In this document: positions 19,871 to 29,468 of the stretch, piece after piece
Layout: the number at the start of each line of letters is the position of its first letter
How positions within the stretch are numbered: position 1 is the stretch's first letter
Assembly: GCA_964291405.2 (NCBI GenBank)
Contig: OZ219926.1
Location: 1,280,001 to 1,344,000, forward strand
Length of the DNA stretch: 64,000 bases
Reading direction: 5' to 3'
Source of the DNA: Thermodesulfobacteriota bacterium
Lineage (GTDB): Bacteria; Desulfobacterota; Binatia; Bin18
The notes under the pieces: model-generated
What the model was told of the DNA's origin: nothing
Databases searched by the model: none
What the model saw: the letters and a program-made list of their open reading frames with translations, nothing else
Position numbers and translations under genes: made by a program

Positions 19871-19960
19871 TCATGGCGAGCCAGGCAGATAGCCGCTACG
19901 GGGAAAGAGGAATCGCTCCAGAGGGAGACGCTCAACACCTCTCATAGAGCGCCTGTCCAT
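19871..19960 (-). CDS. small 29-aa ORF or gene remnant
   Basis: ATG preceded by a strong gggaggag RBS; MDRRSMRGVERLPLERFLFPRSGYLPGSP*. Confidence 0.3.
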   Translation of the reverse strand: MDRRSMRGVERLPLERFLFPRSGYLPGSP

Positions 19961-20070
19961 TGTGTAGACTCCTCCCTCGCCCACCCCCCGGTTGCTCCAT
20001 ACGCGTGAGCAACTGCACATTGCATCCTTTTTCGAGACCGCATAGTTTTCAGACAGAGAGGAATAAAACT

Positions 20071-20505
20071 ATGCCGCATGAAACCTTGTTAAAATTCAAT
20101 TACCCGAACACTCTGCTGCGCGAGTATACGCACTGGGCGGTCTTACTGCGTCCACAGCAAGTGACAGTCGGTTCACTCGTGCTGGTGTGTCGCGCAGAAG
20201 TCACGAGTATGGCGGAGGTCTCAGCCGAGGCTTTTGCCGAGTTGCAGACGGTTACGGCTGACCTGGAGGGAATGCTCAAAAAAGTCTTCGCCTTTGACAA
20301 AATTAACTATCTGTTACTTATGATGGTCGATAGGCATGTCCACTTTCATGTCATTCCGCGCTACGCCACCCCGCGGACGGTAGGTGGTGTTGAGTTTCCT
20401 GACCGAGCGTGGCCCAAGCCGCCTGACGTCACGCAAGCGCTGGAGTTGACCGAGCAGCAGTTTGCGGAATTATTCCAACTGCTTCGGACGGCGTGGCCGA
20501 CATAA
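20071..20505 (+). CDS. HIT family hydrolase
   Basis: HVHFHVIPRY histidine triad. Confidence 0.9.
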   Translation: MPHETLLKFNYPNTLLREYTHWAVLLRPQQVTVGSLVLVCRAEVTSMAEVSAEAFAELQTVTADLEGMLKKVFAFDKINYLLLMMVDRHVHFHVIPRYATPRTVGGVEFPDRAWPKPPDVTQALELTEQQFAELFQLLRTAWPT

Positions 20506-20662
20506 GGCATCGGACGCAGCCAGCCCTTCGATGTCAAGGCTCGCGCCTCTCCTAGAGAAATGTTCACGATCTTCGAGAAAAATATCTGCCACGTAAAAAT
20601 ATCGGAGGAAAGATCGATAGGGGGGTTGCAAAATCTGCACTAACAGCTAGTAAGCTATAGCT

Positions 20663-20986
20663 ATGATGCATGCTGCTGTGGATATGATGATGATGGTGGA
20701 TGTGGAAGGTGGCGAGCAGCAGCCCCGCTATTCGTCATACAACCCATTCAAAGCGCTCCTCCGCAACGTCTTATCCGATGCCTTTGTGGTACGCGATTTG
20801 GTGCGGAAGGGTAACAGCTTGTTTCTCTCTCAGTTTGAGTTAGACCGGATGTGGTTCTTCTCAAAAGATGAGAGCCCGTTCAGCTTCCTGTGGATCTGTC
20901 AGCACCTGGCTCTCGACCCGCAGAAGATCCAAGCCCTGTATTGCTCTGCTGAGCCGACGAGGATCCCACGTTGGTGGGCGGCGTAA
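20663..20986 (+). CDS. hypothetical protein (WxFS..E.PFSF..IC..L.LDP family)
   Basis: Clean ORF with a sigma70-like TTGCAA...TAAGCT upstream; the motif recurs in deltaproteobacterial hypotheticals (from memory). Confidence 0.6.
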   Translation: MMHAAVDMMMMVDVEGGEQQPRYSSYNPFKALLRNVLSDAFVVRDLVRKGNSLFLSQFELDRMWFFSKDESPFSFLWICQHLALDPQKIQALYCSAEPTRIPRWWAA

Positions 20987-21018
20987 GAGAGAACTGCGGC
21001 TCTTGCCGCGAGACAAGT

Positions 21019-22857
21019 TTACCGCTCAGCCTTTGCCTTTCGTAAGGCCTCGGTCAAGAGCGGCACGACTTCGGCGTAGTCGCCGACAATGCCGAGATCG
21101 GCCGTTTTGAATATCGGCGCTTTCGCTTTGATGTTGATAGCCACAATGGTGCCGGCCTTGCGCAAACCCACCATATGCTCGAACGCGCCTCGAATACCAA
21201 TGGCAAAATACAGCTTCGGTGCGATCGCCCGACCGGTGATGCCGACCTGATGTTGTCGGGGAAGCCAACCCAGGTCCGAAATATCCCGCGTCGAAGCCAG
21301 TGGCACCCCGCCTAACACAGCGGCCAGTTGTTCAATCACGGGCAGATTCTCCGGCCCGCCTACACCTTTCCCAACGCCAATGGCGATATCTGCGGCATCC
21401 AGGGCCGCGGCTTTGGCTGCGTCGGCGCCCGTTTGTGACACCAGTTGCACCCGGCTGTGAATATCGTCCTCAAGCGTCAGTCTTTCCACCCGTGCCTGAC
21501 GGCCGGCAACGGGCTGAGAGGGGGACAGCATACCAGGTCGGACCGTTGCCATTACGGGTGTTGTTTTCGACAGAATCGGTGCAACGATATTGCCGCCAAA
21601 CGCGGGCTTGAGTTGCAGCAAGCGCCCCTGATCGTCAACTTCCAAATCCACGCAATCGCCGGTGAGGCCCAGGCCAAGCCGCGCCGCAACCCGCGGCGCC
21701 AAGTCGCGGCCAATCGCGGTTGAACCCAACAGCAGCACCTGGGGCTTGTGGGTTTGAACCGCCCGACTCAAAAGCGCGGCGTAGAGGTCGGTGTCATAGC
21801 AGGCAAGACGAGCATCCTCGGCCCGATAGACCACGTCGGCGCCATACTCAGCTAAAGGTGCAATATGCGCTTCAAGACCGTTGCCGATTAAAACAGCACC
21901 CACTTCACCGCCGTACTGGGTCGACAGCTCAACAGCTTTTCCCAAAAGCTCAAAGCTGACCGGCCGGAGCGTGTCACCTAAGGTTTCAGCCACAACCCAG
22001 ATGGCCTTTCCCGGCTCGGGGTCAGCACTTCGGACTTTCTTTTCGTCCGCGGTCCCATCATCGGTCCACGTTCCAAACAGCCCACGAGCTAACAGTGCTT
22101 GGACCAGGGTATCGATCTGTTCAGGTAATTCCCCTTCGAGCACACGGCTTTCACGGTTGTCTTCAACAGTCTGGACAGACTCCACCCAGGTCGGCGATCC
22201 TGCGGCCCCAAATCGCGCAAGGTCCGCAGAAAGGTCACCTGCCGTCACCATCTCCACCGGCTTCTCTTGGGCAGCCTGTCGATCGGCTTTCCTGGGGAAG
22301 CGTTCCGGCGCCAGATCTTCGGTGGCTGACACCAAGACCGGCAGGGGGCAGTCAAGGGTGTCAAAACCGCTATCGGTCTCACGCTCAACCCGGAGAGTCT
22401 TTCCATTGGTGTTGAGCGTTAATGCGGCCACGCCCGTCACCTGAGGAATATCAAGCAACTCGGCAATCTCCGGTCCAACCTGACCGGTTTCCGCATCGGT
22501 GCTATGCCGGCCACACAGGATGAGGTCATAGCCTTCTCGCTCGCACGCCAGGGCTAAGGTGCGCGCAGTCGCCAGCGTGTCTGCCCCGGCAAAAGCCCGG
22601 TCCGTCAAATGCACGGCCCGGTCCGCTCCCAGGGCCAGGCAGTAGCGCAGCGCCTCCTCTGCCTGGGGTGGTCCCATCGTCAGCGCAACCACTTCGCCGC
22701 CGTGTTCGTCCCGCAGTTCCAGCGCTTTCAACAATCCACGGATATCAAATGAACTGACCTCGGACGGCACGCCCTCCCGCTGGAGGGTTTTTGTTTCCGG
22801 GTCGAGCTTCATGGCCGAAACCATGGGCACCTGCTTCACCAACACAATACTCTTCAT
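21019..22857 (-). CDS. etfBA: electron transfer flavoprotein beta/alpha fusion
   Basis: N-terminal LVKQVP, TMGPPQA, GADTLATA, DAETGQVG; C-terminal RDLAPRVA, PAFGGNI, QVGITG and GIRGAFEH. Confidence 0.92.
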   Translation of the reverse strand: MKSIVLVKQVPMVSAMKLDPETKTLQREGVPSEVSSFDIRGLLKALELRDEHGGEVVALTMGPPQAEEALRYCLALGADRAVHLTDRAFAGADTLATARTLALACEREGYDLILCGRHSTDAETGQVGPEIAELLDIPQVTGVAALTLNTNGKTLRVERETDSGFDTLDCPLPVLVSATEDLAPERFPRKADRQAAQEKPVEMVTAGDLSADLARFGAAGSPTWVESVQTVEDNRESRVLEGELPEQIDTLVQALLARGLFGTWTDDGTADEKKVRSADPEPGKAIWVVAETLGDTLRPVSFELLGKAVELSTQYGGEVGAVLIGNGLEAHIAPLAEYGADVVYRAEDARLACYDTDLYAALLSRAVQTHKPQVLLLGSTAIGRDLAPRVAARLGLGLTGDCVDLEVDDQGRLLQLKPAFGGNIVAPILSKTTPVMATVRPGMLSPSQPVAGRQARVERLTLEDDIHSRVQLVSQTGADAAKAAALDAADIAIGVGKGVGGPENLPVIEQLAAVLGGVPLASTRDISDLGWLPRQHQVGITGRAIAPKLYFAIGIRGAFEHMVGLRKAGTIVAINIKAKAPIFKTADLGIVGDYAEVVPLLTEALRKAKAER

Positions 22858-23071
22858 AGATACGCCCACTCCCTGGATCAAAGCGGTGCGCAGCAACCTA
22901 TCTTGCGTAGCCGCACAGCGTCAACCAAGCAGGCTGTCCGTTCTCAGGCACAGCTCCCGCGGGCATACACTCCCAGCGGTGAAGGCAAAAGAGTCGCCGT
23001 CGAGAACGGTTTTAGTCGGGACCGGGTAGGAGAACGCTGTGACCGGAGAAAGGAGGAGATACTAACTGGAG

Positions 23072-23524
23072 CTACTCCGCCCCGCGTCCGGGTGTATATT
23101 CGTCGGCCGTGAGGCTGTAGTAGGTAATGATCTTGCGTTCCTTAAACCACCAGCGGCCTTCGTCTTTGATGAGTTTGTCATCATAGCGACCAAAGACGAT
23201 CATGGGCTTATTCGTCGACTTTGTGATGGCGTCAGCATCCAGATAGCAGGTTGAGGTGGCCTCGTTGCCTGATACTTCAATCACGGGCGACTCGATTTTG
23301 TGGCGCAGAAAGCGCACGCCGTTCCGTAGTGTATTGTCGTAGTTGGCATACCAGCCCTTCACGGCGTCGCGGCCCTCATAGCGCTTGTCGCTTTCGTATG
23401 CCGGAAGCAGAACCGCGTCGGTATGAAACAGGTCGGCGATTTCGTCTACCGTGCCACGGTCTACCACATGGCAGTAGGTATGGAGCAGTTGCTGAATGGC
23501 AATAATATCGTCCGCGTAAGACAT
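23072..23524 (-). CDS. SnoaL-like / NTF2 family protein
   Basis: DIIAIQQLLHTYCHVVD...GRYDD.L....GRW.FKER; aggagg RBS. Confidence 0.85.
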   Translation of the reverse strand: MSYADDIIAIQQLLHTYCHVVDRGTVDEIADLFHTDAVLLPAYESDKRYEGRDAVKGWYANYDNTLRNGVRFLRHKIESPVIEVSGNEATSTCYLDADAITKSTNKPMIVFGRYDDKLIKDEGRWWFKERKIITYYSLTADEYTPGRGAE

Positions 23525-23546
23525 GCTCGGTCCTCCTGTTGCGTAT

Positions 23547-24440
23547 TTATTGTCTCCGTCCACGTATCCGGAGTAATTCGTTAATCGTGAGATCGATATC
23601 CTCATCTCGCAAGAGCGGCGCCGCGACGCGCTTCCGCCGGGCGACATCGAGGCTGATGTCCGCGGTCACAAAATCTTCCTCGTAATAGCGTCCTTTGGCA
23701 ATACATTGCCCAAAAGGATCGATCACCTCTGAGCCACCCCAGAACCCCACTCCATCTTCAAATCCGGCACGATTAGCGTAGATCACAAACACCCCGAAGG
23801 TTTCGGCATAGACGCGATTCAGCGCCTCCCAATAGCGCGCGTTCTCGTCCCGTTCTCTATTGTCGACAATGCCACGGAGCGGGCTGGACGACGGACAGAT
23901 GAGCATCAGGGCCTGATCGAGGGTCGCAATATACGCCGTGGACGGATGCCACAGATCTTCACATACCAGGGTTGCCGCGCGACCGTACGGGGTGTCAAAG
24001 GCGCGCACGCTATCCCCGCGCGCGAAATAGCGTTGCTCGTCAAACATGCCGTAGGTCGGGAGATAGACCTTGCGATGAACGTGGCGGATATCGCCCGCCC
24101 GGAGATAAACGGCAGAGTTATAAAAACGAAAGTCCGGGCTCTCTTCGACCAGCCCGACCAGACAGGCCACCGATTTGCTCAGCTCCCGCAGTTGGGCGAA
24201 CTCCGGCGCGTCTTGACGCAGGGCAACCGTCGCCACCATGTCCCGCAAGTGATAGCCGGTCAGACTCAACTCGGGAAAAATGAGAAGCTCAACGTCCTCG
24301 TTCTTGGCGCGATCGATGGCCTGTTCGTAGAGGGTCAGGTTGGCGGCAACATCTCCGAGGCGCGGGCTGAGCTGGGCAAGGCCGATTTTGAAGTGCGCGT
24401 TCACAGTGACACGGTGGTTACGCGGTGCTTCCTTTTCCAA
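23547..24440 (-). CDS. carbon-nitrogen hydrolase (nitrilase superfamily; NAD-synthetase glutaminase-like stand-alone domain)
   Basis: FPELSLTGY, HRKVYLPTYGMFDEQRYF and CEDLWH catalytic E-K-C triad. Confidence 0.9.
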   Translation of the reverse strand: MEKEAPRNHRVTVNAHFKIGLAQLSPRLGDVAANLTLYEQAIDRAKNEDVELLIFPELSLTGYHLRDMVATVALRQDAPEFAQLRELSKSVACLVGLVEESPDFRFYNSAVYLRAGDIRHVHRKVYLPTYGMFDEQRYFARGDSVRAFDTPYGRAATLVCEDLWHPSTAYIATLDQALMLICPSSSPLRGIVDNRERDENARYWEALNRVYAETFGVFVIYANRAGFEDGVGFWGGSEVIDPFGQCIAKGRYYEEDFVTADISLDVARRKRVAAPLLRDEDIDLTINELLRIRGRRQ

Positions 24441-24948
24441 ACAGACTACTCAGCCATCTGACGAAGGTCCGCCACAGCCCTTCCCGTTTCCCGGTTTTGA
24501 CCTCGTCGGGCAAGGCTTGAATTTCGGCCTCCATGGCCCTGAAGAACTGGCCGATCAGCATCTTTGCCGCACCGTCTACCAGGCGTTGTCCGACGCTGGC
24601 CAGCAGCCCGCCGATCTGGACATCCCCGTGGTAGGTCAGGATGGTCTGGCCGTTTTGCTCGGCTAAATCAACCGTGCCCGTCCCCTTGAGAAAGCCCTGC
24701 TTACCCTTTCCATCAAGGCTAAGCTTGTAATGCGAGGGGGGCTGGATCTCCTCCATCTTGACCGTCCCGTTATAGACGCCCTTGACCGCGGCCACACCAA
24801 CCTTGATCTCCCCGCTGTACTCATTCTCGCCGCTCTCTGTCAGACTCTCACAGCCGGGCATGCACTTGGCGAGTTGGTTCGGGTCGGTCAGAAAATTCCA
24901 CACCTTCTGTTGGGAGGCTGGAATGGTTCGTGTTCCGTTGAGTTTCAT
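24418..24948 (-). CDS. coxG: CoxG / SRPBCC family protein
   Basis: VWNFLTDP..LAKCMPGC...GG.LASVGQRL. Confidence 0.85.
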   Translation of the reverse strand: MKLNGTRTIPASQQKVWNFLTDPNQLAKCMPGCESLTESGENEYSGEIKVGVAAVKGVYNGTVKMEEIQPPSHYKLSLDGKGKQGFLKGTGTVDLAEQNGQTILTYHGDVQIGGLLASVGQRLVDGAAKMLIGQFFRAMEAEIQALPDEVKTGKREGLWRTFVRWLSSLFGKGSTA

Positions 24949-24986
24949 AGGTGTTGTCCTGTTCGTGCGGGTTCGCTCCTGACAGC

Positions 24987-26153
24987 TTATGCTCTGAGTG
25001 ACCGGAAAAAGGCGCGGATATCATCGACCAGGAGTTCGGGTTCTTCCATTGGCGCGAAATGTCCACCCGAGGGCATGGACGTCCACCGTTGTAAATTGTA
25101 ATACCCTTCGGCCCATTTGCGCGGCATGAGAATAACTTCTTCTGAAAAAACCGCAACGCCAGTCGGTGCCTGGACAATCGGAGTCTTCTCATGCGACGGC
25201 TTCCAGGGGTTATGGGTTGCTTCATAATAGTAGCGTGCAGATGTGCCAAAGCTCTGGGTAACCCAGTATAACGTCATCGTGGTACACAGGTCATCCTTGC
25301 TAAACCGTTTTTCGACATCTCCGTTGCAGTCGCTCCAGGTACGGCGCTTTTCCAGGATCCAGGCACACAGCCCGACCGGAGAGTCATTCAGGGCAAAGGA
25401 CAGGGTTTGCGGCTTGGTGGTCTGCAAGGCGGAATAGCCGCTCTCAGCGGCAAAAAAATTCAGGTTCTTTTCGTACCAGCCCTCCTCCCCCGGACCATAC
25501 TCGGACGCCGCGGGCATGGGGCCGACAAAAACATCCAGCGGAACCATAAGGTTGACATGACAGCCGAGTAGGTGCTCGGCGTACTTATGCCCAAGCTGGG
25601 CGGTAATGAGCGCGCCCCAGTCTCCGCCCTGGGCGGCGAATTTTTCATAGCCCAAGACACCTTGCATGAGCCCGCGCCACAGGTCGGCCGTTCGCCAGAA
25701 ATTGATACCTGGGGTGGTCAGCGGGGTGGAAAATCCATATCCCGGCAGGGACGGTACAACCACATCAAACGCATCGTTCGGGTCGCCGCCAAACGCGGCC
25801 GGGTCGGCCAGCGGCCGAATGACTTTATGAAAGTCCCAGAAGGTCCACGGCCAACCGTGGCTCAGGATCAGCGGTGTCGGATTTGGGCCTTTTCCCGGCT
25901 CGTGTATGAAATGGATCGGAACGCCGTCCATCGTCGTCTTATAGTGGGAGAAGGCGTTCATCTCGCGTTCAACCGCACGCCAGTCGTAGTCGGTGCGCCA
26001 GTACTCGACCAGCTCTTGGAGATAGGCTTGATTCGTCCCGTACGCCCACTGCTCGTTGGCAAACTCGCCCGGCCAGCGCGCCTTTGCCAGCCGCTCCCGC
26101 AGGTCCCTCAACACCTCATCCGGGACAGAGACCGTAAACGCTTCCTTGCTCAT
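24987..26153 (-). CDS. epoxide hydrolase (microsomal type)
   Basis: EHN N-terminus (YDWR), HGWP, QGGDWG, DSPVGL and GGHFAPME. Confidence 0.93.
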   Translation of the reverse strand: MSKEAFTVSVPDEVLRDLRERLAKARWPGEFANEQWAYGTNQAYLQELVEYWRTDYDWRAVEREMNAFSHYKTTMDGVPIHFIHEPGKGPNPTPLILSHGWPWTFWDFHKVIRPLADPAAFGGDPNDAFDVVVPSLPGYGFSTPLTTPGINFWRTADLWRGLMQGVLGYEKFAAQGGDWGALITAQLGHKYAEHLLGCHVNLMVPLDVFVGPMPAASEYGPGEEGWYEKNLNFFAAESGYSALQTTKPQTLSFALNDSPVGLCAWILEKRRTWSDCNGDVEKRFSKDDLCTTMTLYWVTQSFGTSARYYYEATHNPWKPSHEKTPIVQAPTGVAVFSEEVILMPRKWAEGYYNLQRWTSMPSGGHFAPMEEPELLVDDIRAFFRSLRA

Positions 26154-26308
26154 GACGCCCTCCTTTCTGACTCATCCAGTGCGTTGCGCACCCAGCAGGA
26201 CAGATACTGCCCTAAAGAGTAAACGTGTCCTCCAATAGACATGAGATGCTGGACACGTTTACTCTTTTCCCCACGGCTGGCAAGAGGGGCATCTTCCTGC
26301 CGAAACGC

Positions 26309-28156
26309 TCAGTCCACCTCGACTGTCGCCGGCGCTACGTCGGGCTGCCTCTCGAACTGAGCGGCAACTCTTTCCAGCTCTTCCCCGGATATGGTCTCTT
26401 TCTCTAATAAGACCTGGGCGGCCTGACGCAGAATGGGGAGCTTCGCCTTCAATATTGTGGTGATACGTGCGTGCTGGTCCTCGATAATACGGCGGACCTC
26501 ATTATCGATCTCCCGAGCGGTCTCCTCGCTGTAGTCACCCGGTCCGTGCGGTTGGCCGTTTTGCAGAAACATGGGCTGGCGCTCCTGGTCAAAGCTTTGC
26601 TGACCGAGCGTATCGCTCATGCCGTAGGCTTTGACCATACTCCTGGCCGTATCCGTTGCCTTGAGCAGATCGTCCCGGGCCCCAGTCGAAACCTCCTGGT
26701 AAATCAGCTCTTCGGCCACCCGACCGCCGAGGAGCACCGCAATTTTGTTTTCCAACTCGGATTTGGTCATCAGAAACCGATCTTCGCTCGGCAGTTGGAG
26801 GGTATAGCCCAAGGCCGCGACACCCCGCGGAATAATCGAAATCTTTTGTACTTCATCCGACCCCGGTAACGACATGCCCGCCAACGCATGCCCAATCTCG
26901 TGGTGGGCGACGCGCGCCTTTTCTTTTTGGCCTAGGACACGATTCTTCTTTTCCAGTCCGGCAATCACCCGCTCAACCGCTTCCTGGAGTTCGGATAAGC
27001 CCACCGTGTCCTTGCCGCGCCGGACCGCCAGCAGCGCCGACTCGTTGACGATATTAGCCAAGTCGGCACCGGCAAAGCCCGGTGTCATGGCAGCAACCAC
27101 TTCCAGGTCGGTTTCAGCCTCAAGGGGAACAGCGCGGGCGTGCACCTGAAGAATGGCCAGCCGGCCGGTTTTATCCGGCCGGTCTACCACCACGTTACGG
27201 TCAAAGCGCCCGGCCCGCAGCAGGGCTTGGTCCAGAATCTCAGGTCGGTTGGTGGCTGCCATCAGAATGACACCGGCCCGCTGATCAAACCCGTCCATCT
27301 CCACGAGTAGCTGGTTCAGGGTCTGTTCCCGCTCATCGTGCGAGACGGGTCCCATACCACGCGCTTTGCCCAGGGCGTCCAGTTCATCCATGAAAATAAT
27401 GCAGGGGGCCTTTTCTTTGGCCTGGGTAAATAGGTCTCGAACTCTGGCCGCCCCGACGCCGACAAACATCTCCACAAACTCGGAGCCGCTGATCGAGAAA
27501 AACGGCACCTGAGCTTCCCCCGCCACCGCCTTGGCCAGGAGGGTTTTCCCGGTTCCCGGCGGCCCAGCCAGCAAAATACCTTTTGGGATTTTCCCTCCCA
27601 GCCGGCCAAATTTTTCTGGCGTCTTGAGAAACTCAATGACTTCCTGGAGCTCCGTCTTGGCTTCTTCAACTCCGGCCACATCGGTGAAGCGGACTTTGAC
27701 ATCCTGCTCCATATAAATCTTGGCTTTGCTCTTCCCGATCGACATAAAACCGCCACCGAAGCCTCCACGCTGGGCCATCCGCCGCATGAGAATCAGCCAG
27801 ACGCCAAAGAATAACAGGACAGGCAAAATCCAGGACAACAGGTCGCTGACAAAGGTGCTCTCAATCTCCCCGGCGAAGCGCACCTCGCGGGTGGCCAACT
27901 GCTCGGCCAAGTCGGGTGCCACCCGGACCGTCACAAACTGGCTGGGCTGTCCTTCGACGAGATCTTTGAGCGTGCCTTGGATGTAGTGCTCTGAGATACG
28001 AATCTCTGCGATACGACCGTCATTCAAGTATTCCTGAAACTGACTGTAGGGGATCTGTTCAATGCGGGTCGCCTGCATCCATACGCTATGCAGGATGACG
28101 ACACCCCAGAGCGCAATAAAAAGATACCAGATGTTAAACTTTGTCTTTTTGTCCAT
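26309..28156 (-). CDS. ftsH: ATP-dependent zinc metalloprotease FtsH
   Basis: Two TM segments, [36 protein letters not shown] and HEIGH. Confidence 0.97.
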   Translation of the reverse strand: MDKKTKFNIWYLFIALWGVVILHSVWMQATRIEQIPYSQFQEYLNDGRIAEIRISEHYIQGTLKDLVEGQPSQFVTVRVAPDLAEQLATREVRFAGEIESTFVSDLLSWILPVLLFFGVWLILMRRMAQRGGFGGGFMSIGKSKAKIYMEQDVKVRFTDVAGVEEAKTELQEVIEFLKTPEKFGRLGGKIPKGILLAGPPGTGKTLLAKAVAGEAQVPFFSISGSEFVEMFVGVGAARVRDLFTQAKEKAPCIIFMDELDALGKARGMGPVSHDEREQTLNQLLVEMDGFDQRAGVILMAATNRPEILDQALLRAGRFDRNVVVDRPDKTGRLAILQVHARAVPLEAETDLEVVAAMTPGFAGADLANIVNESALLAVRRGKDTVGLSELQEAVERVIAGLEKKNRVLGQKEKARVAHHEIGHALAGMSLPGSDEVQKISIIPRGVAALGYTLQLPSEDRFLMTKSELENKIAVLLGGRVAEELIYQEVSTGARDDLLKATDTARSMVKAYGMSDTLGQQSFDQERQPMFLQNGQPHGPGDYSEETAREIDNEVRRIIEDQHARITTILKAKLPILRQAAQVLLEKETISGEELERVAAQFERQPDVAPATVEVD

Positions 28157-28290
28157 GGCTGCTCCATTATAGCGCGCCGAAACCGACTGCCTAGTCAACG
28201 TCGTCTTTCTACTGACGGAGCCCGGCGTTCCGCGTCAGGACGCGGCATTCGCCTTGCACTTTCATCTGAGCCGGGCAATAGTCAGTACCC

Positions 28291-29124
28291 ATGCGTCACT
28301 CCCCCACGAACCGCTTCATCCATGTAAGCGGTCTTGCCCTGCATTACCTGGAATGGGGCGAGGCGACGAATCCCGCGCTCATCCTGCTTCACGGCGGTTC
28401 GGCGCATGCCCATTGGTGGGACCATATGGCCCCGGCGCTGGCACAGACGCACCGTGTGCTTGCCTTCGATCTCCGCGGTCATGGAGAGAGCGCCTGGACG
28501 CACCCGCCCGCCTACGAGATCACGGATTACGTTGCAGACCTTGAAGGCGTTGTCGCCGCTCTTGAACTCGATGCTCCCATTCTTATGGGTCACTCGCTCG
28601 GGGGCTTTGTGGCACTGCGTTATGCCACAACAGCTACAACGAGCTGTGGCGCATGCGTTATTGTTGATATCGGTCCCCGGCTGCGCTCGAGTCGCACCAT
28701 GCGTCTGCTGCGTTCTCTGCCTCCGCCAGTGTACTCCACCGAGGCTGATGTCTACACTCGATTTCGCCTGCTGCCGGCAGAGACACGAGCAACGCCTGAG
28801 TTGCTGAGACATATTGCCCTCCATAGCGTAAGACCGGACCATACAGGGCGTTTCCACCTGAAAAGCGATCGTGCGGTCATGACCCGTCAGCCGTGTGACC
28901 TGGAGCCCCAGCTTACACGTATCGCTTGCCCCATCCTGTTTATCCGAGGCCAACACAGCAGCACCCTCTCGGCTGAGCGATTAGCCCACTTGGTCCAGGC
29001 CTGTCCGCGGGCCACAGGGATTGAAATTCCCCAGGCCGGACACCATGTTTTTCTCGACCAGCCCGCAGCCTTTCTTGACACGGTGACCACTTTCCTGCAC
29101 GAGACAAGCAAGGCTCCCGCCTGA
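28291..29124 (+). CDS. alpha/beta hydrolase
   Basis: LLHGG, DLRGHGES, GHSLGG and AGHHVFLD. Confidence 0.9.
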   Translation: MRHSPTNRFIHVSGLALHYLEWGEATNPALILLHGGSAHAHWWDHMAPALAQTHRVLAFDLRGHGESAWTHPPAYEITDYVADLEGVVAALELDAPILMGHSLGGFVALRYATTATTSCGACVIVDIGPRLRSSRTMRLLRSLPPPVYSTEADVYTRFRLLPAETRATPELLRHIALHSVRPDHTGRFHLKSDRAVMTRQPCDLEPQLTRIACPILFIRGQHSSTLSAERLAHLVQACPRATGIEIPQAGHHVFLDQPAAFLDTVTTFLHETSKAPA

Positions 29125-29186
29125 TTCACGCAGAGAGTCCAGAGTGGATGCTCTTCAGGCGCTGGTGGCAATAGGAGGTAGGGTCT

Positions 29187-29324
29187 ATGTTCTGGTTTGG
29201 CTTTATTGTTGGTGCGGCCGCGGCCACCGTATTTATTCTGTACGGCAATGGTGAGTTGCTGGTGAAACTCCGCGATCGGATCAAAAGCGTCTCTGATCGG
29301 TTTTGGGAGTCGCAGAAGAAATAA
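29187..29324 (+). CDS. small single-TM protein (45 aa; below the ORF-track cutoff)
   Basis: aggagg RBS; MFWFGFIVGAAAATVFILYGNGELLVKLRDRIKSVSDRFWESQKK*. Confidence 0.7.
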   Translation: MFWFGFIVGAAAATVFILYGNGELLVKLRDRIKSVSDRFWESQKK

Positions 29325-29468
29325 ACGCCACGTCAGGCCGATCTCTCACAGCGTCCTTTCTCTGGGTGGTCTTTTTTCTTTCGCTCACTTTGTTCGCCTC
29401 TTGTCCTTGTGCTAGAGTTCGGGCAAGCGAGAAGCAGACACAAGAAGCACATCAAAGGAGGGCATTGT

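Noticed and set aside
20021-20050. Second SigZ-type promoter (TGCATCCTTT) upstream of the HIT gene
   Set aside because: The -35-like half matches but there is no CGTC -10 at the equivalent spacing.
24418-24948. CO dehydrogenase cluster
   Set aside because: Only an isolated coxG-like gene; no coxMSL nearby.
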